Below are positions 21,251 through 31,092 of a DNA stretch of 64,000 nt, one piece after another. Position numbers and translations under genes: made by a program. Every line of letters starts with the position of its first letter. The first letter of the stretch is position 1. The DNA is from Sulfurospirillaceae bacterium. Its GTDB lineage: Bacteria > Campylobacterota > Campylobacteria > Campylobacterales > Sulfurospirillaceae. The DNA is taken from the NCBI GenBank assembly GCA_033723415.1, contig JAWVXD010000005.1, positions 96,001 through 160,000 of the forward strand. The letters run 5' to 3'. The notes below the pieces were generated by a model that did not search any database, was not told the DNA's origin, and worked only from the letters and a program-made list of their open reading frames with translations.

Positions 21251-23683
21251 ATGGAAAAGCGATATATAAAATGGTTTGAAGAGATAAGTGTCAAGGATAT
21301 CCCCGAAGTCGGTGGGAAAAATGCAAATTTAGGAGAGATGTATCAACATTTGAAACCTATTGGTGTAAATGTTCCAAACGGTTTTGCTGTTACTTCAGAA
21401 GCGTATAGATACATTTTTGACTCAAACAATCTATGGGAACCTTTAAAAAAACTCTTATACGATGATCTTAATATAGAAGATATGAAAAGTTTGCAGAAAA
21501 TTAGTAAGAAATGTAAAAGACTTATTGAAGAAGCTATAATACCTTCTGATCTTAGTGATGAGATATTAGATAATTATGCAAAACTAAAAATACAATATGG
21601 TAATGACCTAAGACTTGCCGTTCGCTCATCTGCTACGGCTGAAGATTCTAAAGAAGCTTCATTTGCAGGGCAAAACGAAACATACCTCAACATAGGCAGT
21701 AAAAAAGCACTTTTAAGTGCATATAAACGCTGCATTGCATCAAATTTTGAAGCAAGAAGTATCCATTATAAACACACACATGATTTTGACTATTTGAAAG
21801 TATATGTTTCGGTTGTTGTCATGAAGATGGTCAGAAGTGATAAAGCTACAAGCGGAGTAATATTTAGCATAGATACAGAAACAGGTTTTGAGGATGTAGT
21901 CTTTATCAATGCCGCATACGGTTTAGGAGAAAATGTTGTTCAAGGCACAATAGAACCGGATAGTTTTCACGTTCATAAACCAATGTTTAAAAATGGCTAC
22001 AAATCTGTACTTAAAAGAAGGCTCGGGAAAAAAGAGAAAAGAATGATTTTCTCAAAAAATGTCAACAATAAACATTTAGAAGCAAAATATACAAAAAATA
22101 TAGATACAAAGAGACAAGAACAAGATCATTATTGTATTAGTGATGAAGAAGTTCTTTTACTTACGGATTATGCTATAAAGATAGAAGATCACTACTCATC
22201 TATTTCAGGTGCACATACGCCAATGGATATAGAATGGGCAAAAGACGGATATGACGATATCATATATATAGTTCAGGCAAGACCTGAAACCGTACACTCA
22301 AGCAAAGATAAACATCTCTTAGAAACATACAATCTAAAACAAACATCTAACATAATCACAACAGGAAATGCAATAGGGATAAAGATAGGAGCCGGAAAGG
22401 TACGAATAGCAAAAAACGTACGTGAGCTAAAAGATTTTAAACAAGGTGATGTACTCGTTGCTGATACTACAAGTCCTGATTGGGAGCCAATTATGAAATT
22501 AGCATCAGCCATAGTAACTAACCATGGAGGCAGAACTTGTCATGCAGCTATTATTAGTCGTGAGCTTGGAGTTCCTGCTGTTGTCGGCACAAAAAATGCC
22601 ACAGAAGTACTTAAGAATTCACAAGAGATAACCGTAAGTTGCGCCGAGGGAGAGATTGGCAACATTTACGAAGGCATGCTTGAATTTGAAATTATAAAAA
22701 CCGATCTGGGTAAAATTAAAGAACAACCTATAAAAATAATGATGAATTTGGCAAATCCAGACCTTGCATTTTCACTCTCTTCTCTTCCTGTCAACGGAAT
22801 AGGATTAGCAAGAATGGAATTTATAATCAGCACTTACATAAAAGCTCATCCTATGGCAATTGTACATCCTGAAAAACTTGACAAAAAAACAAATAAAAAA
22901 CTTGATAATATCACTAAGGCTTACAAGTCAAAAGAAGATTTTTTTATCAAAACTTTATCTGAAGGTATAGCAACTATAGCAGCGTCAGTTTACCCGGATC
23001 CTTGTATAGTGCGGATGAGTGATTTTAAATCAAATGAATATGCAAACCTAATTGGAGGAAAAGTTTTTGAGATAGAAGAAGAAAATCCAATGATAGGCTT
23101 TAGAGGTGCTGCAAGATATTCACATCCGGCTTATGAAGAAGGGTTTGAGTTAGAGTGTAAAGCCATGAAAAGAGTAAGAGAAGAAATGGGCTTTACAAAT
23201 GTAATCTTAATGATTCCATTTTGCAGGAGGGTTCAAGAAGGACAACAAGTTATTGATACTATGAAAAAATATGGACTAAAACGAGGAGAAAATGGGCTGT
23301 TGGTATATGTAATGTGCGAGATTCCAAATAATGTAATTTCGATAGACGAATTTAGCAAAGTTTTTGACGGTTTTAGTATAGGAAGTAACGATCTAACTCA
23401 ACTCACTTTAGGTGTGGATAGAGACAGTGAAATCGTAGCATTTGATTATGACGAAAGAGACAGCGGTGTTTTACAAATGATAAAATTGGCAGTTGAAGGA
23501 GCAAAGCGCAACAACTGCTATAGTGGAATATGCGGTCAAGCTCCTTCTGATTATCCTGAGGTAGCCAAATACCTGCTTGAGCTAGGTATAGACTCGATAA
23601 GTCTAAATCCTGATAGCGTTCTGAGTATCATTCAAACTCTTGATAAGGTCAAAAAAAAGAAAAGTAAAAATTCACTCGTCTAG
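21251..23683 (+). CDS. ppsA: phosphoenolpyruvate synthase
   Basis: GGKNANLGEM, AVRSSATAED, GGRTCHAAI, FSIGSNDLTQ. Confidence 0.97.
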   Translation: MEKRYIKWFEEISVKDIPEVGGKNANLGEMYQHLKPIGVNVPNGFAVTSEAYRYIFDSNNLWEPLKKLLYDDLNIEDMKSLQKISKKCKRLIEEAIIPSDLSDEILDNYAKLKIQYGNDLRLAVRSSATAEDSKEASFAGQNETYLNIGSKKALLSAYKRCIASNFEARSIHYKHTHDFDYLKVYVSVVVMKMVRSDKATSGVIFSIDTETGFEDVVFINAAYGLGENVVQGTIEPDSFHVHKPMFKNGYKSVLKRRLGKKEKRMIFSKNVNNKHLEAKYTKNIDTKRQEQDHYCISDEEVLLLTDYAIKIEDHYSSISGAHTPMDIEWAKDGYDDIIYIVQARPETVHSSKDKHLLETYNLKQTSNIITTGNAIGIKIGAGKVRIAKNVRELKDFKQGDVLVADTTSPDWEPIMKLASAIVTNHGGRTCHAAIISRELGVPAVVGTKNATEVLKNSQEITVSCAEGEIGNIYEGMLEFEIIKTDLGKIKEQPIKIMMNLANPDLAFSLSSLPVNGIGLARMEFIISTYIKAHPMAIVHPEKLDKKTNKKLDNITKAYKSKEDFFIKTLSEGIATIAASVYPDPCIVRMSDFKSNEYANLIGGKVFEIEEENPMIGFRGAARYSHPAYEEGFELECKAMKRVREEMGFTNVILMIPFCRRVQEGQQVIDTMKKYGLKRGENGLLVYVMCEIPNNVISIDEFSKVFDGFSIGSNDLTQLTLGVDRDSEIVAFDYDERDSGVLQMIKLAVEGAKRNNCYSGICGQAPSDYPEVAKYLLELGIDSISLNPDSVLSIIQTLDKVKKKKSKNSLV

Positions 23684-24427
23684 ATATTCTTCCGCGCAGA
23701 AGCTGGAAACATTAATATTTTCAAAGGATTTTTTTAGCGAAGTGAAAAGTTCATTGTTTTCTTTTTCCATATTTGCCAACATCTCTTTTGTTTTTGCTCT
23801 GGCGATTGGCATCTTTACGTCAAATCTCATAGCAGGGCAAGCTTCATCTGATATAGGATCTATATTGATCTCTTTGGCTTGTTCTATCAGTTGTCTCTCT
23901 CTAATATGGATAAATGGTCTTATGATCTTTAAACCATTTTTAGATGTATAGATAGGAGGCATAGATCTTAATGCTCCATTGTATGAAAAATTCATAAAAA
24001 AGCTCTCAACCGCATCATCCAGATGATGTGCTAAAGCAACTTTATTAAAGCCATTTTCAAGTGCATATGTGTAAAGAGCTCCTCTTCTCATTCTTGAGAA
24101 GAAACTGCAAAATGAAGAATTTTCTCTTATTTTCTCTTTCGCCAAATCATATATCTTTGTATCCAATATAAAATGTGGGATATCATGTTCTTCACAATGT
24201 TTATGCAATGCTGTTAAATTTTCACCCATCCCATAGCTCACCGTCACAGCCAAAAATTCAAATTTAAAAGGTGCCACTCTTTGCATATGCTTTAATACAT
24301 GAGCCAAACATAGAGAGTCTTTTCCCCCGCTCAGCCCCAACAATATCTTATCACTTTCTTCTATTAGAGAATATCTGGCATTTGTTCTGCCGGTTATTCT
24401 TAGTAGTTTTTTACTTAGATTTATCAA
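23672..24427 (-). CDS. ttcA: tRNA 2-thiocytidine biosynthesis TtcA family protein
   Basis: SGGKDS PP-loop, CSFFSRMRRG, HHLDD, IRP. Confidence 0.88.
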   Translation of the reverse strand: MINLSKKLLRITGRTNARYSLIEESDKILLGLSGGKDSLCLAHVLKHMQRVAPFKFEFLAVTVSYGMGENLTALHKHCEEHDIPHFILDTKIYDLAKEKIRENSSFCSFFSRMRRGALYTYALENGFNKVALAHHLDDAVESFFMNFSYNGALRSMPPIYTSKNGLKIIRPFIHIRERQLIEQAKEINIDPISDEACPAMRFDVKMPIARAKTKEMLANMEKENNELFTSLKKSFENINVSSFCAEEYLDE

Positions 24428-25112
24428 TTATTTTATCAACCATTCCTATTATAAAATCAGCACTTTTTTGAGACGATGTTTTTAAAAATTCATCAAAATC
24501 AAAACTTGCATCCATATCTGCAGCATCACTGATCGATCTTAAAATAAAAAACGGAACATTCAAAGAATTGCACACAAGAGCTACGGAAGCTCCTTCCATC
24601 TCTAGCGCATCAGCTTTAAATTCATCTTTTATCCAAAATTTTCTATTTTCATCATTTACAAACTGATCTCCGGTTGCAATGATCCCTTCTTTGAGAGGAA
24701 TATTCTTTTCTTCTGCAACTTTTTTTGCAATCTGAAGCAATTCTTTGTCAGCTTCTTCATAAACTGCACCCTCCGGTACAAAGCCAAAAGGATGCCCAAA
24801 TGCCGTAATATCCAAATCATGCTGAGCAAGTTTTGTAGCAACAATTAGATCACCAACTTTTAGATCTTCGCTAATAGCTCCTGCCACACCACTAAAAAGT
24901 AGCTTATCACAATTAAATTTTTCTATTAATGTCAGTGATGTTATAGCTGAAAAAACCTTACCTATTTTACTATAAGCGATCACTAGTTCAACGCCATTGT
25001 AATTTACAAAATAAAAATTATTTTTGGCATAATTTAAAATATTATAATCTTTATAATGTTTTAATAGTGGTTCAATTTCTTCCGGCATCGCTCCCATTAT
25101 CGCAATTCTCAT
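24411..25112 (-). CDS. mtnN: MTA/SAH nucleosidase (also the aminofutalosine nucleosidase in Campylobacterota)
   Basis: GAMPEEI, SKIGKV, GVAG, TGDQF, EMEGAS, RSISD. Confidence 0.94.
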   Translation of the reverse strand: MRIAIMGAMPEEIEPLLKHYKDYNILNYAKNNFYFVNYNGVELVIAYSKIGKVFSAITSLTLIEKFNCDKLLFSGVAGAISEDLKVGDLIVATKLAQHDLDITAFGHPFGFVPEGAVYEEADKELLQIAKKVAEEKNIPLKEGIIATGDQFVNDENRKFWIKDEFKADALEMEGASVALVCNSLNVPFFILRSISDAADMDASFDFDEFLKTSSQKSADFIIGMVDKIIDKSK

Positions 25113-25877
25113 CTATTCATATCCTCTTAGTAAATATTTTTGTGTCAGTGACAATTTTGTATCTATATTTATATTTAAAAATTCTTCATCAAACAATGCT
25201 GCTCTTTGTTCTACTTGAGCTTTTGGCGAAACCAAACAAGATCCACCCCAAAATCCAAGCCCGTCTTCAAAACCTACCCTATTTGCAAAAACAACATTTG
25301 CTCCACTTAAAAGTGCTGTTGTACTAAGAAGGGCATCCCACTGTTTTTGGATCAGCAGTCCTTCTTCTTCAAAGCCGCGAGCCGGTGAATTTGATATAAC
25401 AATAACCAGATCAGGTTTTTCATTGCTTATCTTTGCCACTGTCGAAGCATCAAATAACTCTTCACAAATCACAACAAAAGTCTTCCCAAATCTTGTATCA
25501 AAGGATTCTAGAGTTAAGCCTTTAAAAAAGTAACGAGCCTCTTGAAAGAGTCCGTAGTTTGGCAATGCAGTTTTATGGTGAATATTTTTTATTTTACCTG
25601 CTTCACAGTACACGGAACTATTGTAAAATTTATGTTTCTCTTTTATAATAGCACCAAAAACGATATCAAAAGATGAAGATAATTTTGCAAATTCTTCTAT
25701 CTCTTCTATAGTGTAAGCATCTTCAAAAACTGCATCTTTGAGCATATATCCATTTAATGCAAGTTCCGGAAATACTACTAAGTTTGTATCTGGTTCTATA
25801 TTTACCAAATACTTTTCAAACTCTTTTGATGTAATTTTTTTTAATTTTGGAGAAATTTGTGCAATCGTTAATTTCAT
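25113..25877 (-). CDS. carbon-nitrogen hydrolase (nitrilase family), resembling the NAD synthetase glutaminase domain
   Basis: FPEL, K..LPNYGLFQEARYF, ICEE; E-K-C triad. Confidence 0.85.
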   Translation of the reverse strand: MKLTIAQISPKLKKITSKEFEKYLVNIEPDTNLVVFPELALNGYMLKDAVFEDAYTIEEIEEFAKLSSSFDIVFGAIIKEKHKFYNSSVYCEAGKIKNIHHKTALPNYGLFQEARYFFKGLTLESFDTRFGKTFVVICEELFDASTVAKISNEKPDLVIVISNSPARGFEEEGLLIQKQWDALLSTTALLSGANVVFANRVGFEDGLGFWGGSCLVSPKAQVEQRAALFDEEFLNINIDTKLSLTQKYLLRGYE

Positions 25878-26800
25878 TTAATTTCCAAAATTGTCTTCTC
25901 CAGTGAAGCCATATCAACTATAGAATAAGTCTCTTTTGAAGTTATTTTTTTATTAATACCCTTCAAAACATTACCTCCGAATTCTATGAAACAATCCACA
26001 TTATCTTCTATTTCTTTTATAGATTGTTTGTAACGAACAGGGTTTACAAGCTGTTTTTCCAGTAAATCTATCGCTTCATCTTTGGTATCATAAGCTTTCG
26101 TAGTTACATTGGATACAATAGGTGCTGAGAAATTATCTTTTATAAATTTTTGCAGATAAATTTTGAGTTTAGGCTGAGCACTTTGCAATATTGGACAATG
26201 ACTAGCCACAGACATATTCAATAAAATTGCTCTCTTAGCACCTAAATCTTTAAAGCTTCTTTCCATATCGCTTAAGTCTGTTTTATTTCCTGCTACAACA
26301 ATTTGACCATCATTATTATAATTTGCTATCCAAATCTGTTTGCCTTTTCCTTGAGCATCAAGAACTGCAGACTCTGCTTTTTCATCACTCAATCCCAATA
26401 ATGCGAGCATTCCTGCATTTTTACCCTCACATGCCTCACTCATATACAATCCACGTTTATATACTAGCTCAACTGCATCAAGGTAGTTTAATCCCTCACT
26501 GCAACATAATGCTGAAAATTCTCCTAAAGAATGCCCTAAAAAATATTGTGGCAATTTATTAACCTGACTTGTAAACAATTTATATGCAATCACACTTACA
26601 AGTAAAATTGCAGGTTGTGCAAATTGTGTTTTTTCCAAGTCATCATTTTCACTAAACAATAATTTTGTAAAATCTATATCTAATCTATCACTAGACTTTT
26701 CAATCATTTCTCTTGCTATCTTTGAGTTATCATAGAAATCTTTTCCCATACCAACCTTTTGGCTTCCTTGTCCTGGGAATATTCCTGCAAAACTAATCAT
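25874..26800 (-). CDS. fabD: malonyl CoA-ACP transacylase
   Basis: FPGQGSQ, GHSLGE, SVASH. Confidence 0.96.
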   Translation of the reverse strand: MISFAGIFPGQGSQKVGMGKDFYDNSKIAREMIEKSSDRLDIDFTKLLFSENDDLEKTQFAQPAILLVSVIAYKLFTSQVNKLPQYFLGHSLGEFSALCCSEGLNYLDAVELVYKRGLYMSEACEGKNAGMLALLGLSDEKAESAVLDAQGKGKQIWIANYNNDGQIVVAGNKTDLSDMERSFKDLGAKRAILLNMSVASHCPILQSAQPKLKIYLQKFIKDNFSAPIVSNVTTKAYDTKDEAIDLLEKQLVNPVRYKQSIKEIEDNVDCFIEFGGNVLKGINKKITSKETYSIVDMASLEKTILEIK

Positions 26801-27558
26801 TATTTTTCCTCTTCCAATTTATATTCATTTATTTTTTTTCTAAGAGTATTTCTATTTAGACCAAATGCTTTGCTCATAGAAAGTTGTGATCCAAATTTTT
26901 TAAATCCACTTTTAATCAAAGGCACATCAAAAAGATATAATAAGTTTCTATAGTCACTCTGAGTTTCAAGCTTCTCAAATAAAAATTTTTCTAATATGTC
27001 CAGTATATCTTTTTCATTAAATGAATTTTTCAAATACGTAGAAAAGATAGACCTTCGTAAAGAATAACAATTTTCACTTAAATCTAATTCTAAATTTTTA
27101 AAATCCATACTATCTGAATTTTCACTAAACATTTGACGTGCTTCTTCATAAAACAATTTAGATAGTCCTTCGACATCTTCCAACCTTTCTTTAAGAGGAG
27201 GTATAAATATTTTGAGACTAAAAAAATCATCCTCTATCTTACTATTAAGGCTTATAGTACTTGTTGCTATGATTTTATTTTTATGTGTATTTAAAAAATT
27301 TTTAACTTTTGTAAAGTTAGGGATTTTATCAAAATTTTTGATTATCAGCTTATCATGAACTTCGATTGCATTGAGTAATTCTTGTAATTTTGATCCGTCT
27401 ATAGTAGGTGCATCCATGACATAACTTGCCAGAGTATGTTTCCCTACTCCTCTGTCACCATATATTAAAGCATTTAGATTTAAACTTTTGAGTAGATTTG
27501 CTGATTTAAGGGCTTCTACTGAAGCCCTTGATTTTGCAATGTAGCTTTTATCAACCAC
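26800..27558 (-). CDS. Fis-HTH regulator with a degenerate sigma54-activator-like AAA domain
   Basis: GDRGVGK Walker A, PPLKERLED, C-terminal GLNRNTLRKK; GTG start at 27558 chosen instead of the ORF-track start inside slyD. Confidence 0.75.
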   Translation of the reverse strand: MVDKSYIAKSRASVEALKSANLLKSLNLNALIYGDRGVGKHTLASYVMDAPTIDGSKLQELLNAIEVHDKLIIKNFDKIPNFTKVKNFLNTHKNKIIATSTISLNSKIEDDFFSLKIFIPPLKERLEDVEGLSKLFYEEARQMFSENSDSMDFKNLELDLSENCYSLRRSIFSTYLKNSFNEKDILDILEKFLFEKLETQSDYRNLLYLFDVPLIKSGFKKFGSQLSMSKAFGLNRNTLRKKINEYKLEEEK

Positions 27559-28123
27559 AACATCCACCGTTGCTATCAGTAGAGCAACAAGAATCTTGTG
27601 TTTCTTTTTCGTCGTGACAACTGTCACCTGAACCACATCCACAACCGCCGCCTGCTGGGGCACCTACGTAACCATTTAAAATTTCATCGGATGTAGCATC
27701 TCTGACTTCTAAAACACTAAGTGAAAAAAGTAAATCTTTGCCTGCTAATGGGTGATTGAAATCAACCTTAACACTTTCATCATCAAAACTTTTTACTGTA
27801 ACTTGTACAGTACCGCCATCTTCACCTTGACCATAGAGGGTCATGCCTTCTTTTAATTCTAATCCGGCAAATTGTTCTTTTGGTAAAGATTGCACTGCAT
27901 TTTCGTCATATTCACCATATGCATCTGCTGCAGAAACTTTAATATCAGATGTGTCATCTTGTGAAAGTTTTCTGATTTCACTCTCTAGACCCGGGATAAT
28001 TTGTCCCTTTCCTACGATAAAAGATAAAGGTGCAGCTTCTAGATTAGAATCTAAAATATCTCCATTATCAGCATCTTTTAATTCGTATTGAATAGAAACA
28101 ACTTGATTTTCGTTTATAGCCAT
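27551..28123 (-). CDS. slyD: FKBP-type peptidyl-prolyl isomerase SlyD
   Basis: GQIIPGLE, AYGEYD, VDFNHPLAGKDL, Cys-rich tail. Confidence 0.95.
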   Translation of the reverse strand: MAINENQVVSIQYELKDADNGDILDSNLEAAPLSFIVGKGQIIPGLESEIRKLSQDDTSDIKVSAADAYGEYDENAVQSLPKEQFAGLELKEGMTLYGQGEDGGTVQVTVKSFDDESVKVDFNHPLAGKDLLFSLSVLEVRDATSDEILNGYVGAPAGGGCGCGSGDSCHDEKETQDSCCSTDSNGGCCG

Positions 28124-28198
28124 AAATTCTCCTTGCTAATATAAACGAGTGATTTTAGCATAATTTATTTTTACTTGCCCTTATAGAAAAAGAAATTG

Positions 28199-29095
28199 TT
28201 ATTTTTTAAGACTTTTTGCCTCGCGAGAGTTTGGATAATTTGTTTTTAATGCTTTAAAGAATTTTGCAGCTTCGTTATTTTTCTTCAGTTTACTAAGTGA
28301 GATACCGGTGTGATACAATAGAGTAGGAATATATGAGGCTTTATCATACAAAGAGATGCTTTTTTTGTAGTGGACTATTGCTTCTTTATAAGACTTTTGG
28401 GCATATGCAATCTCACCTAATTTAAAGCTGTTTCCTGCTGGATGATATTTTTTTTCAACTAAAAAACTGAAAATTTTCTTTGCTTCATCATATGACTTTT
28501 GTTTTAAAAGTTCATTTGCACTATTTTCAAGATCTGATCTTTTTTTCCCTGCGAATTGATCACTTTTGCTACTTTTTTTTATCGTTGATAACTTATTTTC
28601 GATGCTAGAAACAAATTTTTGGAATTCATCTTTTGAAACATAGCTAGAATTTATAGAATCTATTAAATTACTTAGTTCTGAGAGTACATTTTTGACTTTT
28701 TCTTGATTTGTGTTTTGCGTCTGTATAGTAGAATTTAAATCTTCTTTTATTGATGTAATTTCATCTTGTAAATTTTTAATTGAACTGCTTATATTATCAT
28801 CTTTTGCATCTAGCATATACATTTTTTTATCAATTTTTCCTATCTTGTCACTAATTGACTCAGTAACAGATCTAAGGCCGGAAAACCTATCTTTTAAATC
28901 ACTGTAATTTAGTTGTAATATTTTTATATTTTTTTGTAAAGTTTTTATATCTTTGATATTTTCTAATATTTTCTTTTCACTTTGACTTAAGCCATATGGA
29001 TTGGAACTATCTAAATTACCGGCTCCATAAACAGAAGGTTCGCTTGCAAATACTAACAGTTGCAGCAAGATAATAAATGGTATTATTTTATGCAT
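28199..29095 (-). CDS. cpoB: Tol-Pal associated coiled-coil/TPR protein (CpoB/YbgF-like)
   Basis: Signal peptide, coiled coil, C-terminal TPRs ending YPNS; downstream of pal. Confidence 0.75.
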   Translation of the reverse strand: MHKIIPFIILLQLLVFASEPSVYGAGNLDSSNPYGLSQSEKKILENIKDIKTLQKNIKILQLNYSDLKDRFSGLRSVTESISDKIGKIDKKMYMLDAKDDNISSSIKNLQDEITSIKEDLNSTIQTQNTNQEKVKNVLSELSNLIDSINSSYVSKDEFQKFVSSIENKLSTIKKSSKSDQFAGKKRSDLENSANELLKQKSYDEAKKIFSFLVEKKYHPAGNSFKLGEIAYAQKSYKEAIVHYKKSISLYDKASYIPTLLYHTGISLSKLKKNNEAAKFFKALKTNYPNSREAKSLKK

Positions 29096-29153
29096 GTTTT
29101 TTCCTATTGACTTACGTATTATAAACTTATTTGTTGAATTTTAAAGATAGTGT

Positions 29154-29195
29154 AGAAGCCAAACTCACATTTTATGTAAGTTGGCTTCTTTTTTT
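29154..29195. terminator. stem-loop downstream of pal
   Basis: AGAAGCCAA...TTGGCTTCT followed by a T run. Confidence 0.5.
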
Positions 29196-29196
29196 A

Positions 29197-29766
29197 TTAT
29201 GGTAATAACTTGAAATCTGCTCTTCTGTTTTTAGCCCAGCAAGCTTTTGTATGCTCAGTACATGTAGGATTACTTTTGCCATAACTTATGATCATCATAC
29301 GATTAGCATTGACGCCTTCTGCACTTAATTCATCTTTTACTGTTTTAGCTCTTTTTAATCCTAGTGCATAGTTATATTCGTCTGTACCCCACTCATCACA
29401 ATTACCTTCGATCTTAATTGATAATTTTTGAGCTTTGTCTCCGTTTAGTAAGTTAGAATCATTTTGAACAACAGGTTTCATACTGTCTTTTATACTATAT
29501 TTGTCAAAATCAAAATATACTGGTTGTAGTTTTTGCTCTAAATCAGATATTAAACTTTTCATGGCATTTTCTTTTTGTTGTGCCATTGTGTTTGCATCCA
29601 TATTATTGGAAGTCATAGAACTTGAATTTGATCCATTCTGATTTGCATCACTTACTTTTTCAATTTTTTGGTTTTTAGTTGTCATATCCACATCTGGGTT
29701 TTTTTGACTACACCCAGTAAATAGAAGAACAGCTACACTTACGCTTGCTAATACCATCTTTTTCAT
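29197..29766 (-). CDS. pal: peptidoglycan-associated lipoprotein
   Basis: Lipobox FTGC, YFDFDKY, EGNCDEWGTDEYNYALG, NRRAD. Confidence 0.95.
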   Translation of the reverse strand: MKKMVLASVSVAVLLFTGCSQKNPDVDMTTKNQKIEKVSDANQNGSNSSSMTSNNMDANTMAQQKENAMKSLISDLEQKLQPVYFDFDKYSIKDSMKPVVQNDSNLLNGDKAQKLSIKIEGNCDEWGTDEYNYALGLKRAKTVKDELSAEGVNANRMMIISYGKSNPTCTEHTKACWAKNRRADFKLLP

Positions 29767-29820
29767 AATTACCACCTCTTGGATTTAAGTTTCGAGTTAT
29801 TTTATCATATTTTATTTAAA

Positions 29821-31092
29821 TTACCAATCAATTGATTGAATTTTGCCAACTTTTAGAGGAAATAAAAAGCTTTTGTTTGCACTAAGCCTAATAATTCCTA
29901 AAGAACTTTGATTTTTGTATTCTTTTATAAATAAAATAGTATCTTCATCCTCTGCAAATCTAGGATATAGGTTTTTGCCGTTAGCTGTCAACTGACGGAT
30001 ATAATCTGTATTTGTTGATATCAGATACAAATTGAAAACATTTCTTCCGAACTCGCTAGAATTTTCACGACTGGAATAAACTATATAATTTCCGTTGGCT
30101 GAGACAGAACTATTATTTTTACCATGATAAACCATCTGCTCAACGCTTGTATCACCATTTAGATCTTTTGCAAATATATTCGGATATCCAAGCCTATCAG
30201 ATATAAACACCATTCTTTTGTCATTGTCTATGAATTTTCCACTTACGTCAATACCGGGATATTTTGTAATTCTTCGCAGTTGCTTATCTACTACATTGTA
30301 CAAATATATGTCAGTCTGGTCATTTGGGGCCATTGTGAGAAGTAGTTTTCTGCCGTCTTTTGAAACATCAGAACACACTAACATACCGTTACTAGATAAG
30401 ATTTTTGTTCTTTGCCCGTTGCTTAAGTCAACTTTATACAAGGTAGGTCTATATCCGTTGTATGATGAGTAATAGAATTGATCTTGCGTAGCATTTGCCC
30501 ACTGAGGAAATAAATTTAATCCTCCTTTCACAACAACTCTTTGAAAGCTCAAGGTATAGTCTGAAACTACAATTTCTGATTCTTTTTTACCTATGAGTTT
30601 AGAAAAAATTACAAATTGTTCCATCCATTTGATTGATGGAGCACCGATAAGATCATTTACATTTACTATAATTCTATGAGCCAAGAAGGGAAATCTGTTT
30701 AAATTGGGCAACTTGTAGTTTGTTTCATTTTTGACATCTCCTGTGCTCGCCGTTATTAACTTAACATGAGCTAAAAGAGATTTTCCATCAGTTTCAAGCT
30801 TAAATCTTAGAATCAAATCTACATTTTTTTTGCTTAAAAAATTTTCTCCTACTCCACCGTCATAACTGCTTTGTAGGTATTCATCAAGTGGCTTAAAGTT
30901 TGCACTGACTCTCAAATCTCCGAGTAATATCTTGTAAAACTTCTTTCTTAAATTTAGATTAACACCCGTATCACTGGCATCTTGTATAGCTATTCTTGGT
31001 AAAGAATCTATTTTTTTCACTATTTCTACTGTTGCATCATATGCAAACAATGATAGAGACAGCATTAAAATTAAAACAATTTTTTTACTCAT
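29821..31092 (-). CDS. tolB: Tol-Pal protein TolB
   Basis: Signal peptide, PD40-type propeller (FISDRLGYPNI); upstream of pal. Confidence 0.9.
   Translation of the reverse strand: MSKKIVLILMLSLSLFAYDATVEIVKKIDSLPRIAIQDASDTGVNLNLRKKFYKILLGDLRVSANFKPLDEYLQSSYDGGVGENFLSKKNVDLILRFKLETDGKSLLAHVKLITASTGDVKNETNYKLPNLNRFPFLAHRIIVNVNDLIGAPSIKWMEQFVIFSKLIGKKESEIVVSDYTLSFQRVVVKGGLNLFPQWANATQDQFYYSSYNGYRPTLYKVDLSNGQRTKILSSNGMLVCSDVSKDGRKLLLTMAPNDQTDIYLYNVVDKQLRRITKYPGIDVSGKFIDNDKRMVFISDRLGYPNIFAKDLNGDTSVEQMVYHGKNNSSVSANGNYIVYSSRENSSEFGRNVFNLYLISTNTDYIRQLTANGKNLYPRFAEDEDTILFIKEYKNQSSLGIIRLSANKSFLFPLKVGKIQSIDW

Noticed and set aside
27559..27663. ORF-track N-terminal extension of the Fis-like protein (similar extensions for pyk, fmt, amrA and the 46856 ORF)
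   Set aside because: They overlap neighbouring genes or promoters; downstream starts fit SD, promoter and family N-termini better.
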